A stretch of 64,000 nucleotides of DNA from Haplodiscus bocki. Its lineage: Eukaryota. A program made the translations under genes and the position numbers. Shown piece after piece: positions 53,316-64,000 of this stretch. Position 1 is the stretch's first letter, and the number at the start of each line of letters is the position of its first letter. Under the pieces are notes generated by a model that saw nothing but the letters and a program-made list of their open reading frames with translations, had not been told where the DNA came from and ran no database searches. The DNA is taken from positions 71,796,001-71,860,000 of the forward strand of contig OZ296656.1 of NCBI GenBank assembly GCA_965655095.1. Reading direction: 5' to 3'.

Positions 53316-54583
53316 TCAAGACGACTCTGCATTAGAAGTTTTGCGCTTTGATCGCAACTTCTCAGCAAGCAACTCAGCAACACCACTATGATGAGTTTTA
53401 CTAATATCAATACGTGGACGCTGTGCAGGACGACGACGTTGCTCGGGTAACCTTTCCGACACAAATACTGGCTCACTCAAAGATGAAGAAGACTCTACAT
53501 CACTCGCAACTCGTACAGCTTTATACGACTTCTCCAACTCAGCCCGAATCTTCTCGTACCCATGAACATTGACCGATTCCCAAGGATTGTAATCACATTG
53601 AAGCGCACTATCACTAAAGGTCTCCAGTAACTCCATACAAGACGAAATAGACCCAGGATCAGTGAAGAAGTTTCCTTCAGCACCACTGCTCAGCGGAAAT
53701 CCCTGAATTGGCTCTATGACTGACGACAGGCGAACCTTGGTCACTCCAACCTTGCTCGACCGAAGAGAGACATCAGGCAATTTAGGGGCAACATGGCCCA
53801 AACAAAGACAACACAATTTGAATAAATCGCAAGTATACTCTCTACGTGACATTTCGGGGCATGTTGACAGAAAAGAAACCATGTCCTCAACGTCAGGCCC
53901 AACACTTAACTCGTCAAAATAAACATGCCTCACATCGTCTTTGAATTCTACGTAATCGTCAATGTGGACGTTTCGCAACTCTCGTGCAACCCAACCCCGT
54001 GAACTGAAACTCTGGAACAAGAGCTGGTAACAATCAACAGCAACAGACTTTGGCAATTTGAACTGTACTGCATAGTCGAAGCAAGCTAAACCAATCACCA
54101 AGTCTGATTTGAACGTAGGGTATCTCATCAACTCCTTCGCTACATATTTGATATATTGTCTACCTTGGTCAATAAAGGGATCAAACGACTCTCCCATCAC
54201 CGTCTTCGCAATAGCATCAGATTTTCCCCTCTTTCCACGCTCACGTTCTACATCAATTTTTGATCTTGCAACCTTCAACACCTTTGCACGAAATTCCGTC
54301 TTCTGCATAAATTCAGGGATGCCCAAAAGCTCACTAACAGCAAAGTGAAAAGATCGCAACGCATCCCAATCCCATTCAGCAGGTAGACAACTCCGCGACA
54401 CGATCCTTCGCAGCAGACGATGGAAAAATCGCACATTTGGCCGCACAAGAAAAACCCTTGGTCACGACTGGGCACAGTTGACCGCTTGAAGGCTTCCCGA
54501 TAGTCTTGAACGATGACTTTGAACAGTTCCAGACGAGCTTCGAAGTAGGGATCCTCAGTAACTTGACTATCAAATGCTTGACC
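53316..54583 (-). CDS. Antisense accessory gene exon D (hAT C-terminal-like; 1-nt frameshift in a T-run near 54450)
   Basis: Acceptor ttgtag|GGT. DPYFEARLELFKVI joins the 376-aa ORF 53316-54446 (LFKLCCLCLGH). Confidence 0.7.
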
Positions 54584-54645
54584 CTACAATGCAAACCCAT
54601 CAACATTTGATTACTTACATGTAATTATACGCAAAATATACCCAC

Positions 54646-54780
54646 CCTTCCTTCCGCATGCTGAAACTCTTGATATTGACTGGTATTGCTGATGTATGTG
54701 ATAATTTGAGGCCAATGCGCGATCATTTCCTGAACCACAAGAAATGCAGTGGACAACTCTAACTTCCCATCCTCCACAGC
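54646..54780 (-). CDS. Antisense accessory gene exon C (45 codons; this frame is not in the ORF track)
   Basis: Acceptor tttgcag|GCT, donor AGG|GTGGGT. AVEDGKLELSTAFLVVQEMIAHWPQIITYI... Confidence 0.68.
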
Positions 54781-54853
54781 CTGCAAAACGCAAAAATATC
54801 ATTTAGCAGCTGTACTACTAGGGCAACCACAAGGAAGTATTACCAATACGTAC

Positions 54854-55339
54854 CATTCTGAAATACTGTGTCGACTGCACCCAGCGTTCATCAGGAAGTC
54901 CATTCAGACGCAGTAGAAGAGCACGCAGCATGAAACACACGTCAATTCTCCCCATTACGCTGAAGCTGGGTTTGTGTAGCAAACGCTCAAACTGCACAGG
55001 GGCCAACGCAAAAGGGTACTGAACACCCGCCATCTGACCAGGACTCTTATCGAAGACTTTCACAAAACCGGCATTTGACCCGCCACAACAGATAATTGTT
55101 GCGTCACCAGAAATGGCACTAAGCAATCGCGAAACCAGATCAATATAACTCTTTGTGGGTGGAACATCTCTTCCGCAATGCAACATGGGCATACACACGA
55201 AACGCTTGCCCTCCCAAAACCCAACACTCAATGCCCTGCGATGAGAACCCACAGATAACTCAATTGCATATGCCCCTTCACGAGCAATGACAGACGACAC
55301 ATGTTTCACTAGCTCCACGAACAGATGATGCAACAATCC
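54854..55339 (-). CDS. Antisense accessory gene exon B (hAT RNase-H-fold-like, catalytic Asp motifs degenerate)
   Basis: Acceptor tttcag|GGA, donor ATG|GTACGT, phase 0 at both ends. AYAIELSVG..LSVGFWEG and ISGDATIICCGGSNAGFV. Confidence 0.72.
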
Positions 55340-55535
55340 CTGAAACATCACAACTAACATAAAGCCAAAATACCCACCCACGAACTTACAACTTACTCCC
55401 ACATGTCAAATGCAAAACTTCCTGACCACTTCTGACACTACATATAATACTCACCCCGACATACTCGTGACCCATGGACAAACTACGGCACTATTACCCA
55501 TTTATGACCATAACAAAATATGCTCATATACTTAC

Positions 55536-57572
55536 CGAAATATAGCTCGAACTCCAATTGAAGTCAACAGTACTCGCAGAATGACCCGTCAACACTCCCA
55601 CCTGCGTCCAGTATTCTTGCAATGTCCACAATTGGCCTCCTCTTCTCAGAAAAATCAACAACAATTCAATTTGTATCAGAGTTCGTGAACTTGCCGTAGT
55701 AAAGGTAGACGGTTTTCCTTCAACAACATCGTAGAAGATGGGACGTTTATGATCCAATTCTGGCACATCCAAATGTATAAACAACTCCTTCTCAGCTTCC
55801 AACTTAGATCCATACAGAGTACGCCCATCTGATCCGCGTACTTTTGGAGGATGATACTGGGCACGAAACTTCTGATCTGCCCTCAAACGATGCTCCCGTT
55901 GGAAATGTCGCTTCAATTCATACATGCCCCGAGGTTTCATTGACACGTTTCTCCTACAATTCATGCAGTAAAAACAATGCCGATTTTTCAACGGATTTTC
56001 GGGTCCAGTAGCAAAGATTTTCGCAAAAGGGGCAATCTGCAACATCTGCTCAGTGAAAACATATCCACCGCCATCCGACCCACTAGGCGAAATTGGGTTA
56101 AGCCGACCTTCTTTTGACCACCTATACAACTCGCCCTCCTTCCGAGCATCGGAACGAATCTGTCCAAGAGTTTTCAAGCTGTCAGTATCATTAATCTCGG
56201 TCACTTCTGTTCGAGAGAAGCCCAAAGCCGCATCTGCATGCCGACTGGAACATGGTTGGTGCAAAAGATCACCCGCCAAACGATCACTATCAAACGACTC
56301 TACAATGGTCGGCAAAGAACAAAAAGAGCGTGAAGCCACACTCTCCATGATAGTGGACCCGGACCTACTGAGCGAAACAGACTTTCCACTTCCCTTCTCA
56401 CCAACATTCCTTTCAGTCTTTCTGCCGATTTTCAAAAGCACATCCTCCAACATTCCAAAAGTGGCCGAAGAAACTTCTAATCCGATTGCTCTAGCAAATT
56501 GTATCATTTGATCTGAACTCATTCCGGTCAATTGCTGATGGGGATCTAACTGTACTGGCGGATTATCGGCAAAACACACTTTCAACAGGGTTCTCGCAGA
56601 CTCGCTGGGGTAATACTTTGAACGCCCAGCACCCAAACCAGGCTGCACTGTACCTCCAGAAAAACCTGGAAGATCTGATTCTGCAGTTTCACACACCCTC
56701 CCTCCACTCAAATCGTCAACTCGCCTTTGTGCAATCGACTCCAACTCAGATGTACTATAATCTGTGTCATCCGGTCGGGAACTACTTGGGAATGACTGAC
56801 CAGCATCTGACACACCAACCAAAGTACATCTTTCAGTAAACAATCTACCACCTGCATCATCAATTTCAAATGCAACACTCTTCGAAGGTCGGTCATCTGC
56901 CACGCCAATATCCACATCACACAATGGCCGCTTGCTTCCACCACCAATAGTCTTTTCTCGCAACTCCGAACGTACAATGTCATCCACCCGACTCCTGGAA
57001 ATTTCGTCGTCAACAGTTACCACACCACTCCCTGTATTACCGCGATCCATTAAATTCGCATCCAACAATTCAAGCACTCCAGCAGGGTCAACTTCCACAA
57101 TATTCTCTATTCCTTCACCACCGGATGACTCAAGTTTATCACGCAAAAACTTCTCCAGCCCTTCACTTCCTTCATCACTACTCGACAATAGACACTCTTG
57201 ACTGCCAACATTTAAACACTCTTTATTCACATCCCCGCGTTCTTCAACCATCGCTTCTTTACCACCTGTCACTTGCAATACTGCCAGACTTTTAGTCGGA
57301 AAAATCTCTGTCTTTTCAATAACCACGATTTCAAGTTCGCTCCTCTCGGGAAGGCCTGGGTAGTTCTCAGTTTCTTCGGTGTTGTGGTCTTTTGGCACAT
57401 TGGATTCGTTCTCTAAACAATGGAAGCTAATAAAGTTACGTGGCAATTCGCCAGCATATTCGCCCTTTTCGAAACCAGATATCCGTGAAGAGGAAGCACG
57501 TGTTCGTTCAAACTTAAATCTATCACCTGTTATCTTACTAGTGAAGAGAGAAAACTTGCTCTGGCCAAGCAA
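55536..57572 (-). CDS. Antisense accessory gene exon A: acidic low-complexity N-terminus and BED-like zinc finger (true start uncertain)
   Basis: 679 open codons. FYCMNCRRNVSMKPRGMYELKRHFQREH. Phase-0 donor TCG|GTAAGT at 55536/55535. Confidence 0.75.
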
Positions 57573-58421
57573 CTAAATTGCCTTCACTCATCAAGTAGTT
57601 CTTGATTCGACATATTCCAACACAACAAAAAGTATCAAAAACCCAACACTCACCAATTTGTTAACAGCAACAAATTCTTTTGACGCTTTGTAGAATTTGG
57701 CTCCTTCTCCACTCGATCGGAACACAAATTGACAGCAGTCCAAAACAAGTCCAAGGCACGCGGTAAACAATCAATATACAAAACAATCAACAATCCAACA
57801 AACAAAATAATCAAATACAATAAAAATTCAAATTTAAACAATTTCAAAAGATGAGAGAGTCGTGGCTGTACAATATGGATTTTGTCACATTATGGTCATT
57901 ATTGGCACGTTATTACCCATCTAACACTATTTACATATTTACTATTCAGGTCAACTTCTGCCAGAGTTGCCTAATATTTGACCTTCAGTAATTCCATTTT
58001 TACATTGTATCTCGAAATTTTACTCATTTTCTTCATTTTCCATTAAATTTTATCTTGCTTCACGCTGATTGGCTCCTACAAATAAAAAAGGTGAGCTGAC
58101 ACTCATCAAAGTGAAGTGCCGCTTCAACTTCATCAACATGGTCACTCGTGGGTATCGATGACCACTTAAAACTCGAGTGTTAATATTGCCGTAAAATCAA
58201 TTGGTTAAAATCAAAACATGATTTCTTTTAACCTAACTGCCTTAACCCGAGAAACCCCCTTAATTCAAGGAAAGGCAAAAACCCGCATTATTTTCCCCAG
58301 GAAAACCTCTCAAATCTTTACCCTAAATTCATTCATATTTTCAATTTTCATTCCACTCAGTTGCTTCAGTTTACGAATATCTTCCAGAAACACGGCGTTA
58401 CAATATTTCAAAAAGAAAGCC

Positions 58422-59270
58422 ATGGCTGAAATGAACTCTCAATTTAGTTTTAATGAAGACCAGGAAATGGAGACACAACCCATTTACCTATCCAGTGATG
58501 AGAGTGAGATTGACTCACCTCCCCATCACCAATTCCACAGCTACCGAACAACGTCCCTGATACGTACAGTGCAATAACCCAATTAATAGCGGCACACCAC
58601 GAACAAATGTCATTGTCCGGCTCCTCTGCCCCACATTATCCAATCACCCCGCCAACCTCATTGATATCTGATCACGAAGATGATGACATGCTCACCCCGA
58701 TAACAGGCAACCCCGCCCAGTTCTTACCCTATACACCGAACCGCCACCATATCCCAATCCAGTTATGCCAACAAATAACACCCATCCCAGACACGCCAAA
58801 AACTCCGACGCCAGAAAATCGTGGGCTATCAGACCTCTTCCGTCCCTACAACACTCCCAACCAACTGTCAGCAAGTTTATTACACAACGCCCCCCCCCAT
58901 TATCACGACAGTCACTGATGGATTACAAAACTTGACATTGCACCCCCATGCGCAGCACAATGAATGGGTGACAGGGTGTTTGATATGCGGAAAATACTAT
59001 GACCAAGTAATAGAAGAAACTGTTGCCGACTATCTCAACCAGACAGCACATCCAGGTGAAACAGTACGGGAACGGCAAATCAAAAGAAACGCTTTCATTG
59101 ATGGCATTCAGAGCGCAATCTTCACTTTTATCCCCGCCGGGAGTGTCATGGCTGTCGCCTGTGACAACCTAGTTTACTCCGTTAGCCCTAATGGACAAAA
59201 CTCGGGAGGACAGGGATATGCTTTGCCCTCATTCCAAAATCAAAAACTGACAAAACTTTCATTTGAATAA
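58422..59270 (+). pseudogene. Sense accessory ORF X (~280 aa; Pro/Thr-rich, then CLIC and a helical domain), overlapping U3
   Basis: Three ORF-track pieces join through frameshifts in two C-runs (~58522, ~58895). The C-terminal peptide is conserved in the diverged LTR copies. Confidence 0.6.
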
Positions 59271-59495
59271 CCAGCTAGACAAAACTCCTCCCCCCTTTTT
59301 TAATAAAATTTGATACATATTTTTTTATTTGGATACTTATTTCATTACTGTGCAAAATCCATACAAATAGCGAACAAGCTTGTATCATGAGAAAACGGGT
59401 GAACAAATGCTTTTGGTGCTCAATTAATTTGCAGTCGTATACTTGTATTTGATTGGTCGAAACAAGTATTCTTGTCAAAATAACTAACACTTATA

Positions 59496-60554
59496 ATTTC
59501 GTATAAGTTGAATTTGAATTTTTATTATATGGAATAGGGTATTTTTGGCACTGAGCGACAATTTTTGGATTTTTTTTCAAATTTTTGAGCACCTGCGCCT
59601 GCCCGGGATAATTATTCCGCCGCCGGATAGTTTTTACGCCGCCGCAGGATAATTTTTCCGCCGCCGGATAATTTTCCCCCTAGTAGTATAGTGTGAGCAG
59701 AAGTGGGGGTGGGAAGACGAGGTCTCCTACGGGGGCTCGAACCTGCGCGGACGGAGTGGAAAAGTAAATCCGTTCGGCGGTCGTATCCGCGGCGCCACGG
59801 GAGCTATTAATCGGCGCGGACGGAGTGCTGGACGCCATAACTTCTTTGAGCTACGTAAAAAGATTGTGGTAAAGGTTTGAAAAGTTAACTAGAGAGTATA
59901 AAGTTGAACAAATACATTGTATAAATTGAAGGGATAGGGTATTAATGTATTAAGATAGCGTATAGTTTCGGCAATGTATTAAGATAGAGTATAGTTTCGG
60001 CAGTGTAATAAGATAGTGTTTTTCATAGTGTATTAGGATATGGAATGGTCTGGCAATGTATTAAGACATGGAATAGGGTATTTTTGGTACTGTGCGACAA
60101 CCTTCGGCACTATGCGACATTTTTCGGCAATGTGAGACTTTTTCGAGAGAAGAATTTTGAACTTTTTTCCAGTGCCACCGCGCAGATAATTATTACAGCG
60201 CGGACTAATTATGACACCTGCGGGTATTCATAACGTCTGCAGCTACTGCTGTGACCTAATTCTATGTGAAAAGATACTTTGGTAATGTTTTGAGATTGGG
60301 TTTAGTTCTGTAATGTATCAAGATAGGGTTTAGTTATGTAACGTATTAAGATAGGGTATAGTTCATTAATATGCTCAGATAGGGTTTTAGTTTCGCATTG
60401 TTTGAAGATAGGATATAGCTGGGTGTTTCTTGGGGAACAGTAGTTCAAAAGGAAACTCTCAAACAAACGTAAAGTTTGTAGCAACATCACTATAGCAACG
60501 CAAAAGGAAAAATGGCGAAAAATCTATAGCATGTGTTGTCTATTACAGTATACA
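59496..60554. repeat. Repeat block F' (longer copy of F)
   Basis: Co-linear with 44206-44998 plus an extra ~59725-59990. Confidence 0.9.
59721..59804 (-). other. tRNA-like (pseudo-tRNA or SINE-head) sequence in F'
   Basis: Minus strand GCTCCCGTGGCGCCGCGG...GCAGGTTCGAGCCC..GGAGACC has A- and B-box-like motifs. Acceptor and anticodon stems are imperfect. Confidence 0.45.
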
Positions 60555-62337
60555 TGTCGCAGGCTGCCGCCTGTGACGGCATGGTCTCCTCCGTTAATTA
60601 CAATGGACAAAACGAGGACACACGGGGACATACTCTGCCGCTATTTGAAAATCAAACTTATTGAACCCTCGTTAAAATAACTCGCTGGATAAAAATTCCC
60701 CCCCCCATTTTGAAGATATATATTTATATATTTATATGCTAATAAATTTACGTATATGATCCTACGTATATTTACGTATTTATGAGCAAAATCCATACAA
60801 ATAGCAAAGAACCTGTATCATGAGAGAAAGCTTATGAACAAATGCTTATAGCGCTCAATTCATTGGAAGTCCTATACCTAAATTTGATTGGTCAAGGCAA
60901 GTATTCGTATCAAAATTTGACCAAACAACAGCGCTGCTGGAGTGTAGTCAAAATTGGTCACCAGGACCTAATTTTGATCAATTTGCTCACAGCGAGTGGT
61001 CGCTTTTAAACAAAAGGCGAACTACGGCCAAATGAAGTCAGAAGTGCCGAAGTATGACCATATTCAATTAAAAGACGTTGCTATGTACTTATATGAGCAT
61101 ATAATTATTTGATTATGTTATATTATATCACCTAGTGCTAATTATTATTAAATCCCGAGTGAAAATCTTTACCTGGTTAAAAGACGGTCACAGTGCCCAC
61201 TTTTGACCACTATAATTTAGCTCTAAGTTAAAACCTGTGCATGAAGTTCAATATCAATATCCTTGTCATATCTACTATATTATAACCATAATTGACCACC
61301 CATGATATGAATTACGCATGCAATTATGATTTCATTAACCTTGAACTTTTATCCAGATTCCAATACCATATTTTTGTTAGTCATGATTTTTCGGTATTTT
61401 CCTTTGAAGCTTGTTTTGTTACTATCCTTAAAGTGATGTCACGATGATGATATGTAAGACTCCGGTTAAGCCCTTTGATGTGTTGATTAAAATTAGAATG
61501 ACGATCATGACGTCAGTAGATAGAGCCACCCAATTGGTCGACGAATGTCAGGTCAAACGAAGGAAAGGGTGATCCACTACTAACAAAACCAACACCAGAG
61601 AAAAAAATTGCCATCCTGAAAAACAGTTCATTGCAGCAATTATTCAAACTGATAGGGATTAATCGTGGATTATTTAAATCCCCAGCAAGCATTGTTTTGT
61701 AAAATTATCATTGAGTTCTTACGTTGCTGTTAATTGTATAATCTCAGGAACAGTTCAGTTATTAAAACAAACATGGTTTCCACTCGCAAGAGAAAGCAGT
61801 CAAACAAAAGGCTCCTCAGCCAATTAAATGACTTTGATCAAGACATGATCATTGGCAATGCCGCTAGTGAAAGACAAGAAAATACTGTAGTCAATGAAGG
61901 TACTAATGACCGGGATTTTACTGTTGGTACTTCTAATGATAGTTCGATCGTTAATGGAAATGCAATGAGTGTGAAAACTTTGGAAAGGTGTTTTAATGGA
62001 AGGATCGACAGAGAAATGAGCAATATTGTTGATACGGTTGAAGATAGGATACAGATTGCAATTTTGACCGCTATTGAAAATATAGTTGCTCCTAAAATTG
62101 AACGTGCAATCAGGTCATTAAATGCATCTTCTGGACGGGATGCGACCAGTGTGTCTGCAAATTCAGAACGTAGGGAACACGTTGGGATTAGTACCTCTTT
62201 TGAAAACGCATCTGGAAACAACGATGCATTAGGTGTATCAAATGTAAATGATGAGACTCGACAAAACATTCCGGACGAGGTAAGTGAATTGTCGGTCTCA
62301 GAAACACGTTTTGACCGGCAACCACACACTCATCACA
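60555..62337 (+). mobile_element. LTR copy (1783 bp), probably a solo LTR; its ORF 61773-62393 reads out into the flank
   Basis: TGTCGCAG...CATCACA flanked by ATACA (60550-60554) and ATACC (62338-62342). No PBS after it. Confidence 0.85.
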
Positions 62338-62699
62338 ATACCTTATATGGAAAGATCATAAAAAGAAAGACCAGCCATAAAAGCAAAGACTAACCATAAA
62401 AAGAAAAACTGCACGAGCTGTCAATCACTTTTTGTGACGCCTGCCGATACTGTTTTGACCTAATGCTACGTAAAAATATTGATTCGAATTTCGAAAAGGT
62501 TAGTTAGAGAGTACAAATGTTATCAAAAACATGGTATAACCTGCACATTTACAAGGACGCAGTCTGCAAAAAACATGACTTTTCACGCCTGTATTGTACG
62601 CGTGCAGGTACTCATTTACTATGTCAACACACGTTTGCAACGTATTTTCAATAGATTTTGTCAAAAAGTCTCTGTTTGAATGTTGTTTCTGATCCGTGC

Positions 62700-62900
62700 A
62701 ATGTATTGAGACACAAGCAAGGACATCTGACAATGTGAAAAGTTGGGTTTTTATTTCGCTCAATGTACAATGATGGAGTTTTATAGACAATGTTGTGTAC
62801 TGCAACATTTTACGTTCAATGAGAGCCGCATTTTTTGAACTAGAAAAAGCTATGTTTTCCGTTGCAACTGCTGTTCGCATGGTAACTATCATCACTCCTG
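62700..62900 (-). mobile_element. Possible highly decayed hAT dimerisation-domain remnant
   Basis: TMRTAVATENIAFSSSK..RKMLQ resembles TLPVTVATAERSFSKLK..RSTMLQ. Confidence 0.3.
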
Positions 62901-63589
62901 GTCCTTAGACTCACAGTAAGCAATCAGACATTTCCTGCTAAATGTAACATGAAAGCAATTTGTGAGAAAAAATGGATATGATAACCAAAAGTGGTTGTAT
63001 GAGTGTTACAGATCTCAATCATGCAGTCAGACATTTATGCCATGTAGTTGACGTTTTTTCTGAATTGCTGAAGGATTTTCATGACTATTGCCTCTTTAAC
63101 ATGTCTGACCAAATAGTCGTGGGAATTGTTTTTAGTTGTTTCTGGTTGATGAACTACAAAAACATAGTTTTGCGCTACAGCATGACCAGTAAGCAGTACT
63201 TTTGCGTCGGAGAGTTACTCAACTATTAAAAAATGGTTTGAACGCACAGCAATGATGACTGCACCACTGTAAGATACCACACAAAAATTTATGAAAGTTG
63301 ACAAAAGAACTGTGTTTTCAGACTTTCTTTGGGTTTGTCTATACTTGTCTATACCAATGATGGAGTTTAAGTACAAGCAAGCATACAAAATGATTGAAAC
63401 AGGAGTCCTACTTTGAAAATCAAAGAACATGAAATCATATCGATCAATTTTTTTTCTTTGGTAGCAAAATGCCTAAAGCTGAATGATGAATTCACGTGTC
63501 TTACGACTTCTCCTAATTTGAATGGCAAATAATGTTGGGACTATTTGCAGCAAGGTGACCAAAAATATTGCATTACCGAAATTTACCCC

Positions 63590-64000
63590 GTCTTAATACA
63601 TTGATGGGTAGTGTACGCTAACTTTTTACTTTGCTGAAGTACAGCCTGTTTCATTACATTGTTGAGCTTTACCCAACCTTTTTACAATGCTGAGCTATAC
63701 CCAATTCTTACAGATTGTTGAGGTATACCGTATCTTATTACATTGCTAAACAATTCTCAAAGACTAACACTTTGCTGAGCTATACCCAATCTTAACGCGT
63801 TGCTAAGATATAGCCTATCTTAATACATTGCTGAGCAATTCCCAATTTGAAAACATACTGAGCTATACTTAATCCTAGCATATTGTTGAGGTATACCCTA
63901 TTTCATTACATTGCCAAGCAATTCCCAAATACTAATACATTGCTGAGCTATACCCAATCCTAACACATTGTTAAGATATAGCCTGTTTTATCACATTGCT
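63590..64000 (+). repeat. Degenerate ~30-bp minisatellite
   Basis: Units like acattgctgagctatacccaatcttaat; reverse complement of the caatgtattaagataggtatag motif in F/F'. Confidence 0.85.

Larger units (their letters stand above)
44999..59490 (+). mobile_element. Gypsy/Metaviridae LTR retrotransposon with accessory genes; diverged, truncated 3' LTR at 59144-59490
   Basis: LTR-PBS-gag-PR-RT-RH-IN order, then antisense and sense accessory ORFs. 59144-59480 aligns to the first ~360 bp of the 5' LTR. Confidence 0.88.

Noticed and set aside
55426-55440. tRNA-Leu PBS-like TAGTGTCAGAAGTGG on the minus strand in intron 1 of the antisense gene
   Set aside because: Mismatch in the TGG and no adjacent LTR end; plausible by chance.
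53130-58200. Autonomous hAT transposon nested in the Gypsy element
   Set aside because: No TIRs or 8-bp TSD found and catalytic motifs are missing. Disfavoured, not formally excluded.

Overview
AT-rich, transposon-dense eukaryotic (metazoan-type) DNA. The one clear host gene is SNIP1 (FHA domain), in two coding exons (10049-10495, 27129-27476). Its 16.6-kb intron holds nested elements: a decayed CR1/L2-type LINE interrupted by a near-intact three-ORF CR1-like LINE (stand-alone SGNH-esterase-like ORF, PHD ORF1, APE-RT ORF2), CRE-clade and RTE-clade fragments, and a solo Gypsy LTR with a target-site duplication (TSD). A TA-flanked MITE and a decayed MULE follow the gene. The most unusual object is a ~14.5-kb Gypsy/Metaviridae element (44999 to ~59490) organised like a complex retrovirus. 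About 188 codons of Gag lie inside the 1.78-kb LTR, in a helical segment also seen in the unrelated-looking solo LTR in the SNIP1 intron. After pol comes an antisense, four-exon, ~1300-aa gene that resembles a catalytically dead hAT transposase with a BED-like zinc finger. A divergent sense accessory ORF runs into U3 of the 3' LTR. A duplicated flank plus solo LTR follows (59496-62337). The stretches 1-9 kb and 31-43.5 kb are mostly degenerate, unclassified repeat DNA. All family assignments come from motif recognition by eye, not from database searches.
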